Below are positions 24,338 through 31,367 of a DNA stretch of 32,000 bases, one piece after another. The position numbers and the translations under genes are program-made. The DNA lies in assembly GCA_023898645.1 (NCBI GenBank), contig CP060232.1:180001-212000 (forward strand), in the 5' to 3' direction. Within the stretch, counting starts at the first letter, position 1; every line of letters begins with the position of its first letter. Source of the stretch: Candidatus Saccharimonadota bacterium. GTDB lineage: Bacteria; Patescibacteriota; Saccharimonadia; Saccharimonadales; Saccharimonadaceae. A model generated the notes under the pieces. That model was given only the letters and a program-made list of their open reading frames with translations, did not search any database and was not told the DNA's origin.

Positions 24338-24523
24338 ATGTTTGGAATAGGGACACCTGAATTAATCATTATCCTGCTGATCGTCCTGTTGTTGGTCGGT
24401 GGAAAAAAACTGCCAGAACTAGCACGTAGCGTAGGCCAGTCAATGCAAGAACTGCGCAAGGGCATGAGTGATGGGTCAAAGAAAACAACAACACGATCTA
24501 GCGAAGAAGCAGAAGAAGCCTAG
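24338..24523 (+). CDS. tatA: Twin-arginine translocase subunit TatA/E
   Basis: MFGIGTPELIIILLIVLLLVGGKKLPELARSVGQSMQELRKG is the canonical TatA TM plus amphipathic helix. SD GGGAG lies upstream. Confidence 0.93.
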   Translation: MFGIGTPELIIILLIVLLLVGGKKLPELARSVGQSMQELRKGMSDGSKKTTTRSSEEAEEA

Positions 24524-25661
24524 TACGCCTAACAAAAACCTGACGTTTTTGGAGCATATTTACGAGCTTCGAACACGTTTGTTTTGGGTGGTATTTGCGC
24601 TTGTTGTCGCATCGGCAATAGGCTTCCAGTTTAAGGATCAATTGATTAGTTTGGTCATGGCACCGCTCCATGGCCAAAAGCTAATTTATTTGACTCCTGG
24701 TGGTGGGTTTAGCTTTATTTTCACCATTAGCATTTATTTCGGTGCTCTTTTGTGTATTCCGATCGCTGTTTATCATATGTATCGCTTTATGGAGCCGTTA
24801 TTGGGTGGTACTTCGCGAAAAGTCGTTGCGGCATTTATAATTATTTCTGCTTTTCTGGCGACAGCAGGCGCTTCGTTTGGCTATTTTGTAACCGTTCCTG
24901 CGGCCATAGATTTTTTGGCAACATTTGCCGGCAATGCCGTGGTGCCAAGCCTTACGGCGGAGTCGTATCTTAGTTTTGTGGTTACATACATATTCGGCCT
25001 TGCAGCATTATTCCAAATTCCGCTGCTTCTCTTTATTTTCGATTATGTACGACCATTGCCGCCAAAGGCACTACTGTCGGCTCAGAGATACGTTATTATA
25101 GCCGCTACAGTTTTGGCGGCGATCATCACGCCTACCCCAGATGCTTTGAATATGGCCATTGTTGCCATACCTATTATTGCCGTGTATGAAGTAGGCGCAA
25201 TCGCTGTGTATATTCGACACCGCGTAGGAGGAAAACGCTATGTTGTTGGGCGGAATACTTTGGATGGCGACGAACCACTAACCGCCATTATTGAAGAGCT
25301 CGAACGATCACATTCCGAAAAAGAGCAGGTGAGGCAGCCGGACTTTGAGGAAGACATGGAATTTGCTTTTGACGATGAACTTGATGTATTTGCCGACGAA
25401 GCGTACGAACCAGTTGCACCCGCCGCTGAATTAAACGAAACGAAGCCAGTGGTGGCTACTGCAAACGTTGCGCCAGTGCAAATAGTATCTTCGCCTGTTC
25501 GTCGCAGCGCGATGGATGGCATGGTGCGTGGCCGAGCTCAACCTGTCGCAATTCGGCCCCCTGCAAGAAACGTACAACCTGCGCGCATGCCGCAGCGACC
25601 AACCATACAGTCTCGACCTATGCGTTCTGTGGACGGTTTTTCGATGATGAGTCGGGCGTAA
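24468..25661 (+). CDS. tatC: Twin-arginine translocase subunit TatC with ~145-aa C-terminal extension
   Basis: LTFLEHIYELRTRLFWV matches the TatC N-terminal HL.ELR.R motif, followed by six hydrophobic segments. The ATG at 24468 overlaps tatA by 56 nt, and there is no in-frame ATG or GTG after the tatA stop. The residues after ~250 are acidic and then Pro/Arg-rich. Confidence 0.88.
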   Translation: MMGQRKQQHDLAKKQKKPSTPNKNLTFLEHIYELRTRLFWVVFALVVASAIGFQFKDQLISLVMAPLHGQKLIYLTPGGGFSFIFTISIYFGALLCIPIAVYHMYRFMEPLLGGTSRKVVAAFIIISAFLATAGASFGYFVTVPAAIDFLATFAGNAVVPSLTAESYLSFVVTYIFGLAALFQIPLLLFIFDYVRPLPPKALLSAQRYVIIAATVLAAIITPTPDALNMAIVAIPIIAVYEVGAIAVYIRHRVGGKRYVVGRNTLDGDEPLTAIIEELERSHSEKEQVRQPDFEEDMEFAFDDELDVFADEAYEPVAPAAELNETKPVVATANVAPVQIVSSPVRRSAMDGMVRGRAQPVAIRPPARNVQPARMPQRPTIQSRPMRSVDGFSMMSRA

Positions 25662-25744
25662 ATTATTGACAGTCAAACATGAGCGTGATTGAATAAGCTT
25701 ATACATTAAACAAAAATAAAAGTATCAACGAATAAAGGAAAGCA

Positions 25745-25954
25745 ATGCAACCGATAAAGACGCAAGTGAGTGATTTGCTAAACAAGCAAATGGACCGACA
25801 GGATTTTTTGAAACATGTCGGAATTGGCTTAATTGCGATTACTGGGCTAAGCAGCGCACTTCGTTTTCTGTCTATTCAACAGCACAAAGTTGAAGGTGGG
25901 TACGGTAGCGCCGCATACGGTGGCAGCGAAGACGGCAACTCGAGTCGTTTGTAA
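25745..25954 (+). CDS. Mini-protein P2 (69 aa) with Tat-like motif (DRQDFLKH), paralogue of P1/P3
   Basis: The sequence is MQPIKTQVSDLLNKQMDRQDFLKHVGIGLIAITGLSSALRFLS...EGGYGSAAYGGSEDG.... SD AAGGAAA lies upstream, and a strong terminator follows. Confidence 0.7.
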   Translation: MQPIKTQVSDLLNKQMDRQDFLKHVGIGLIAITGLSSALRFLSIQQHKVEGGYGSAAYGGSEDGNSSRL

Positions 25955-25974
25955 TACGGTTTCGTACAATAAGC

Positions 25975-26010
25975 ACAGCTGCCAAAGCGAATATTGGCAG
26001 CTGTTTGATT
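25975..26010 (+). terminator. Intrinsic terminator after P2
   Basis: A perfect 10-bp stem pairs ACAGCTGCCA (25975-25984) with TGGCAGCTGT (25995-26004). The loop is 10 nt, followed by TTGATT. Confidence 0.65.
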
Positions 26011-26036
26011 CGTGCACGTAAAAGCTCTACACTGAA

Positions 26037-26936
26037 ATGCAATGTTTGGAGACAATGTTTAAAATGACGATACAAAAAATAGCGGTTGCACTTATCTTTT
26101 CTGTTGCGTCGACGCTTGCGTCGGTGCCATCAGTCGCCACCGCTGCAGGTGTGGGATACGGACTCTCGGTTTCGCCGCCGCGACAAACACTTGATTTGGC
26201 TGCAGGGTCGACGAAAACGGCGTTTTTTACCGTTAAAAACGCTACCGACAAGTCAATGGTAGTAGATTTGAGCGTAAAAGAATTTTCGGTGAGTGATAAA
26301 ACGTACGACTACGTTTTTAGCAAACCCGAACACGAATGGGTAAAGACGCGGCTCGAGCAACTAACATTGCAACCAAATCATGCCGCGAAAATCATCTATG
26401 ACGTAACAGTCCCTGAAAGAGCAAAACCGGGCGGGTACTATTTTGCACTTTTTGCGAGCACAAAAGTCAATGGCGCCGCCTTGCCCGGTACGGAACAAGT
26501 AGCAACGTTGCTCTATGTTACTGTCGACGGCAAGCTTGTGCGCACGAGTGTATTGCAAAATGATTCCGTGCCGTGGTTTGTTATGGGAGACGAAATTCCG
26601 TATAAATTTAGCGTGAAAGACACGGGCAACGTGTATTTCACGGCGTATTTTTACGGAAAGGTGAACGGACTTTTTGTCGACCAGCCTGCCTCTGGCACGA
26701 GCCATATAGTAATGCCCGGCGCAACGCGAACGATATCTGGTTCGGTACCCACGCCCTTTTTGCCGGGAGTCTATACGATGACCTATGGATACAAAGTAGA
26801 CTTCGCAAACATTGAAATCGTTAAAACGACCTTGGTAATATTTATTCCTCCGTGGTCAATTGCCGCGTCTGTGTTCGTGCTGCTTCTTGCCTTGTGGTTG
26901 AGGCAAAGGCGATATATAAAGAAAGAGCAATCTTAG
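26037..26936 (+). CDS. Cassette B, type-1 anchor protein (paralogue of 14754-15653)
   Basis: Possible starts are 26037, 26055 and 26064. The signal is ...MTIQKIAVALIFSVASTLASVPSVATA. Internal motifs are KEFSVSDKTYDYVF, RAKPGGYYFALFAST and LLYVTVDGK. The C-terminus is WSIAASVFVLLLALWLRQRRYIKKEQS. Confidence 0.85.
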   Translation: MQCLETMFKMTIQKIAVALIFSVASTLASVPSVATAAGVGYGLSVSPPRQTLDLAAGSTKTAFFTVKNATDKSMVVDLSVKEFSVSDKTYDYVFSKPEHEWVKTRLEQLTLQPNHAAKIIYDVTVPERAKPGGYYFALFASTKVNGAALPGTEQVATLLYVTVDGKLVRTSVLQNDSVPWFVMGDEIPYKFSVKDTGNVYFTAYFYGKVNGLFVDQPASGTSHIVMPGATRTISGSVPTPFLPGVYTMTYGYKVDFANIEIVKTTLVIFIPPWSIAASVFVLLLALWLRQRRYIKKEQS

Positions 26937-26938
26937 AA

Positions 26939-27496
26939 TTAAAGATTTTTTGCGGCGACCGTGTATACAACTCCCATCGTGTAGCTGCCGGCGCCTTTTG
27001 TGATGTCGGTCAAAACACCATATGTTACATTTGTGGCATCGCCACTTGTGTAGGGGCCATTGGCATCTTTGATAAGCGCAGGAGTGGTGAGCATTCCCAC
27101 GTAGTTCGATGAACCGTCGGTATTGTAGCCCCAAGTATTTACTGTTAACGCGCTCGGACTGCCATTGTTGCTCGTTGGTATTACGTAGGTTCCGTTTGTC
27201 ATGTCTGTACTGTTTGGACAATACACGTATAGTCGATACCCAACAACGTCGTTGGTAGTGACTGTTACTGTATGCGATGCCGAACCGGAATATTGGGATC
27301 CTCCGGGCGTGAGGTTCATCGACACGTTACCTCCAAGGGAAATCGTTAAACTCGTTAATGAGCCAAAAGGAGCATTTGCGTCGAATACACCTTGGCCAAA
27401 TGGTGAAGCGTGTACGGGGAATTGCATCATGATACTGCCGGCTGTCATGAGCCCTGCCAAAAAGATGTGAGTTTTAGTTACCGTAAAGCGCATCAT
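26939..27496 (-). CDS. Cassette B, small secreted protein (185 aa; paralogue of 15650-16189)
   Basis: The signal is MMRFTVTKTHIFLAGLMTAGSIMMQFPVHA. The mature part contains ...HTVTVTTNDVVGYRLYV...NTWGYNTDGSSNYVG...AGSYTMGVVYTVAAKNL. It is convergent with the previous gene, with a 2-nt gap. Confidence 0.85.
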   Translation of the reverse strand: MMRFTVTKTHIFLAGLMTAGSIMMQFPVHASPFGQGVFDANAPFGSLTSLTISLGGNVSMNLTPGGSQYSGSASHTVTVTTNDVVGYRLYVYCPNSTDMTNGTYVIPTSNNGSPSALTVNTWGYNTDGSSNYVGMLTTPALIKDANGPYTSGDATNVTYGVLTDITKGAGSYTMGVVYTVAAKNL

Positions 27497-27529
27497 TACT
27501 AGTAACTATACTATATCTGTACTATACTT

Positions 27530-28516
27530 ATGCTTGTGAAGCGCGTCCACAAGGCGCTCAAACTGCGCCACCACAAACACACAGGAAAATTTCTCCATCA
27601 CCGCCACACGTCTTATCGGGTATTGTTTTTTTTGATGCTTATGCCCATTGGTATGTTGGCGCTGGTTGGGCAATTGGTGAGAGCAAGCGACTATGAAGTC
27701 ACGGCATCTGTGCCTGCCACAATTCCAAGAATCGCCCCAGTCATTACTTCTCCGGCGAGCGGGCTAACAACGACAAACAGTCAGATCACCGTGCGAGGTA
27801 CGTGCCCATTGGGGCACGTCGCAGGAATCGTAGCAATATACGAAGGAAAGAAATTATTAGGCGCACAGCCATGTACTGCAGACGGCACGTTCTCGGTACC
27901 AATTACATTGTCTTACGGTCATCATGTGCTTGTCGCTACCGTAATGGCAATTACAAAAGAAGTTGGTTTGAGTAGTAGCCCTCTGATTGTTACGCGCGAA
28001 CATCCTTTTTCACTTACTATCAATACCCCACTTGAGCCAACGCCAATAATAATAAAAACTGACGATCCGTTTATCATTATCGGATCAGATGGTAACGCAA
28101 CGTGGAAGGGAAGTTTCAAAGGGGGTACTCGTCCTTATGAAGTCACGGTGGACTGGGGAGACGGCAGTACGAGTAAATATATTGGGGCGGATACGTCTGA
28201 GCAGGTGTTTAGCCATCACTATGCAAAGCAACAGGCATATACTGTCATTATTAAAGCCAGCGACGCTAAGCACAACTCAGTCACCCTATATAGCGTTGCG
28301 TTAACACAAGGTTTGCAGCAGGTAGCAGTGGTAGAGGGCGGCATGTGGACAATTTCGCCATCGCTAGAAACTGTGCAGCGGTATCTTATCTATACGTATG
28401 TCATTACCTTATCGAGCCTGATGTTTATGTGGTATTTGCAGCATGGTCGATTGCTGGTGTGGTCGGTGGTCCGCAACAAAAGACACGTCCGGCATCGTCG
28501 ACCTCGGTCACACTAA
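27530..28516 (+). CDS. Cassette B, doubly anchored His-motif / Ig-like / PKD-like protein (paralogue of 18375-19517)
   Basis: The N-terminus is ALKLRHHKHTGKFLHHRHTSYRVLFFLMLMPIGMLAL. The PKD-like signature is EVTVDWGDGSTS...HHYAKQQAYTVIIKASDAKHNSV. The C-terminus is a TM segment followed by RNKRHVRHRRPRSH. Confidence 0.85.
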   Translation: MLVKRVHKALKLRHHKHTGKFLHHRHTSYRVLFFLMLMPIGMLALVGQLVRASDYEVTASVPATIPRIAPVITSPASGLTTTNSQITVRGTCPLGHVAGIVAIYEGKKLLGAQPCTADGTFSVPITLSYGHHVLVATVMAITKEVGLSSSPLIVTREHPFSLTINTPLEPTPIIIKTDDPFIIIGSDGNATWKGSFKGGTRPYEVTVDWGDGSTSKYIGADTSEQVFSHHYAKQQAYTVIIKASDAKHNSVTLYSVALTQGLQQVAVVEGGMWTISPSLETVQRYLIYTYVITLSSLMFMWYLQHGRLLVWSVVRNKRHVRHRRPRSH

Positions 28517-28579
28517 TGCATTGTGCTTGTGTTATGACACCGCTTACGTTATACTGGCACCAAAGTTATATGTACATTC

Positions 28580-29653
28580 ATGCTGAAAGAGAAAACCGGG
28601 CGTATCTCGATGAGAATTAACCTGCATAGCATCAAAAAAATACACGTCGCAGTAGCTGCGTTGTTTGTTTTTAGTGTCGTAGTTTCTCCACTTGTTGCGC
28701 GCAATGTCTTTGCAGCAGCCACGCAATCATTCGTACGGTTTGATCGTATGAAAATAAGCACGGCTACCACTGGTACTGTGTGCTTTATGTCGGCAACCAC
28801 GGCAACTGAAGCAACCGTAAAAGTAACGTTCCCTACAGGATATACGCTGAGCGGTACTTTAGGAGATTGGACTGTCGATACGACCAACCTCGCGTGGCCA
28901 GCTGGCGGTACGGCATGGCCGAGTATCAATACCGCCACAAATGTTACTGGCCAAGTGGTTACATTCCCGAGTGGCGATTTGACTGTCGGCACCCTCTACT
29001 GCTTTAACTGGACAAACTCCGCTGCGGTACAAACCAAGTCGAGTGCTACAAGCTCGAACACTGGCCAGATCGACACATACGATAGCGGCCCAGCTCTTAT
29101 TGACACGGCGCCTTATTCTACGGCAACGATTACCGACGATCAGATTGTCGTTACCGCGACCATCCCGACTACGTTTTCGTTTGCTTTGAGCGGAAACACC
29201 GATGCCCTCGGTACCATTACGACTGCCGCTGTTGCATCGAGCCCAACTCCTCGCACGGTGACAATTGACACGAATGCATTTAACGGCTGGATGGTATGGG
29301 CAAAAGATTCGAACGCCGGCCTAAAATCAGTGAACGCCGGCAACTATCTTATTGGGTCTACAACCCCAGGTTCGAATAGTACGCTGTCGGCTGGCACTGA
29401 GGGCTACAACACAGGTGTCACTCAATCACAGGTTGGCGGTGCCGGTACAATTAGTGTGGCAGCTGCCTTTGTGGGCGGTCTTGCTGGTAAGGGTGGTGGG
29501 CTCGACACATCACTACGTACATTGGCATCATCAGACGGTACTGCCGATACTGCAGTTTTGACTCTTACGAACAACGCAGCTATCAAGGGAACTACTCCAG
29601 CAGCTTCAGACTACACCGATACGATTACCGTTATCGGTGCAGGATTGTTCTAA
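28580..29653 (+). CDS. Cassette B, 357-aa secreted Thr/Ser/Ala-rich protein (paralogue of 16235-17308)
   Basis: The start is 28580 or ATG 28610 (MRINLHSIKKIHVAVAALFVFSVVVSPLVARNVFA). Internal segments are ...DDQIVVTATIPTTFSFALSG...NGWMVWAKDSNAGL.... It ends AASDYTDTITVIGAGLF. Confidence 0.85.
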   Translation: MLKEKTGRISMRINLHSIKKIHVAVAALFVFSVVVSPLVARNVFAAATQSFVRFDRMKISTATTGTVCFMSATTATEATVKVTFPTGYTLSGTLGDWTVDTTNLAWPAGGTAWPSINTATNVTGQVVTFPSGDLTVGTLYCFNWTNSAAVQTKSSATSSNTGQIDTYDSGPALIDTAPYSTATITDDQIVVTATIPTTFSFALSGNTDALGTITTAAVASSPTPRTVTIDTNAFNGWMVWAKDSNAGLKSVNAGNYLIGSTTPGSNSTLSAGTEGYNTGVTQSQVGGAGTISVAAAFVGGLAGKGGGLDTSLRTLASSDGTADTAVLTLTNNAAIKGTTPAASDYTDTITVIGAGLF

Positions 29654-29695
29654 AAGTTTACGGTTTCTAGCTTGTGTACATTGGCTAGATGTATA

Positions 29696-30769
29696 ATGAG
29701 ATTAATGATTTTAAAGAGGGGTAGCAGATTGTATTTTCTGATTGGCTTGTTGCCAGTCATGATTGGTGTGCTCGCCATGGCTCCACTCAGTGTATATGCC
29801 GCCAAAACACCTTCCGATTTTTCACTGTTGGTGACGCCGTCTCCGATTGTGGCAACTTTGAAGCCCGGCGAATCGAGAGATCTAGAGCTCAAAATACGCA
29901 ATGGCTCTACAGGCACCGAGGCATTAAAGATAGTGCCTCGAAGGTTCACTATAAATGACAAAACTGGGCAGGTATTAATAGACGACAAAACTGCTCCAGA
30001 TATTGCACAGTGGATACGTTTTAGCAAACCGACATTCACTGTAGAGTCAGGGGAGTGGATGACCGAAAAAATCCATATTGCGTTACCCAAAAACACAGGA
30101 TTCAGCTACTCATTCGTGTTGCTTATTCAAAGAGCGCAGGATACAACTGTCATAGAATCGGGCCGATTAATTAAAGGTTCGGTCGCGGTGTTTACTCTTA
30201 TAAATGTAGATCGTCCTGGCGCTGTGCGTAGCCTGACGGTAGAGAAATTCGTGGCGTCGCAATCAATGTACGAATATTTGCCTGCCTCGCTAACAATGCA
30301 GTTTAGGAATAACGGTAACACGATCATTCAACCGTTTGGCAATATTTTTATTCAACGAGGCAGCAATGATGCGTCGCCGATTGCAACCCTCCCAGTCAAT
30401 AACCAAGCCGGATATATTTTGCCAGGGAGTAATCGAGTGCTAACGGCCCAATGGTCAGGCGGTTTTCCTTTATTTAAAGCAACAACCGCTTCCGATGGTA
30501 GTCAAAAAACGAGCGAAGAGTGGGACTGGTCAAAATTGTCTCAATTTCGTATAGGTGCTTACACGGCAAAGCTAGTGGCAGTATACAACGATGGGTTGCG
30601 CGACGTTGCTATTCAAAAAGAAACCTCATTTTGGGTGTTGCCATGGAAAATATTGTTAGGAGCGGTGGCCGTAATAGCAATTCTTTTATTGGGAGTGTGG
30701 AGTATTATCCGCAGGATATTCAAACTATTTAGGCGACCCAAACGCAGCGAGCAAAAACCAGAAGAGTAA
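29696..30769 (+). CDS. Cassette B, type-2 anchor protein (paralogue of 17396-18400)
   Basis: The ORF track opens at TTG 29672, and ATGs follow at 29696 and 29705. The signal is MRLMILKRGSRLYFLIGLLPVMIGVLAMAPLSVYA. An internal motif is NNGNTIIQPFGNIFIQ. The C-terminus is FWVLPWKILLGAVAVIAILLLGVWSIIRRIFKLFRRPKR. Confidence 0.82.
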   Translation: MRLMILKRGSRLYFLIGLLPVMIGVLAMAPLSVYAAKTPSDFSLLVTPSPIVATLKPGESRDLELKIRNGSTGTEALKIVPRRFTINDKTGQVLIDDKTAPDIAQWIRFSKPTFTVESGEWMTEKIHIALPKNTGFSYSFVLLIQRAQDTTVIESGRLIKGSVAVFTLINVDRPGAVRSLTVEKFVASQSMYEYLPASLTMQFRNNGNTIIQPFGNIFIQRGSNDASPIATLPVNNQAGYILPGSNRVLTAQWSGGFPLFKATTASDGSQKTSEEWDWSKLSQFRIGAYTAKLVAVYNDGLRDVAIQKETSFWVLPWKILLGAVAVIAILLLGVWSIIRRIFKLFRRPKRSEQKPEE

Positions 30770-30824
30770 CATTGTGATACCGCTAATGCTCTGCTATACT
30801 AGTAAGCACTAGGGGATTAATGGT

Positions 30825-31028
30825 GTGAAAGAAACAAAAGAACTGACAAGTGAGCTGTTTGCAAAGGAAATGACCCGCAAGGAATTCGTGCAGCTTGCAG
30901 GTATGGCAATCATCGCTTTGTTTGGCGTTAATAATTTTCTTTCGTTTCTTCTTAAGAGCGGTGGCAAGGCTATGCATTCCAATGCACAAGCCGGTCGTGG
31001 CTTTGGTTCGAGCAAATTCGGGGTATAA
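30825..31028 (+). CDS. Mini-protein P3 (67 aa) with Tat-like motif (TRKEFVQL), paralogue of P1/P2
   Basis: GTG start, with AGGGGA 8 nt upstream. The sequence is MKETKELTSELFAKEMTRKEFVQLAGMAIIALFGVNNFLSFLLKSGG...GRGFGSSKFGV. Confidence 0.68.
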   Translation: MKETKELTSELFAKEMTRKEFVQLAGMAIIALFGVNNFLSFLLKSGGKAMHSNAQAGRGFGSSKFGV

Positions 31029-31043
31029 AACCGTAATTACACA

Positions 31044-31072
31044 TTGCTCTCACGCTTTCGCGAGGGTATACT
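31044..31072 (+). promoter_or_regulatory. Candidate promoter TTGCTC-N17-TATACT driving a long leader of the second giant gene
   Basis: The -35-like hexamer is at 31044-31049 and the -10 at 31067-31072, with an exact 17-nt spacer. The architecture matches the lepA and hrcA candidates. Confidence 0.4.
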
Positions 31073-31078
31073 AAACAC

Positions 31079-31367
31079 AGACCTTCGAATAGGGGGTCAA
31101 TTCACGTATCAATAACTGAACAAAGGGGTTAATGAAACAGCGTACACCACTGTTTTACATTAAGCGTACCCGTACAGCTTCTCTGTGCACCCCTGTTCAA
31201 ACGATCTGGCCGATTGCAATCGGTCTTGCTCAGTTTGGCTACGGGTTAGGAGCTAGGAGTTGGGAGTTAGGAGTTAGTGGGGTCATCTCTTGGCTCGTTG
31301 CTATTATTTACCAAATCCCAATCACTATTTCCCATCTCCCAATTGACCTCCAAAGGAGGGCACCGTA
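31079..31367 (+). ncRNA. Putative structured 5' leader (cis-regulatory RNA candidate) of the second giant gene
   Basis: The interval contains a 14-bp perfect palindrome, CCGATTGCAATCGG, at 31210-31223. SD-like heptad repeats (TTAGGAGC TAGGAGT TGGGAGT TAGGAGT TAGTGGGG) span 31246-31282. They can pair with a C-rich tract at 31317-31344 for about 20 bp. CCTCC-AAA-GGAGG (31347-31359) folds the real SD into a hairpin. Confidence 0.35.

Noticed and set aside
14718-30769. Canonical LPXTG sortase substrates or canonical W-x-L motifs in the cassette proteins
   Set aside because: I looked for LPXTG-type pentapeptides preceding the C-terminal helices and for paired W-x-L motifs in the secreted proteins, and found none. 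The anchors are plain TM helix plus basic tail, so the Csc/WxL comparison is architectural only.
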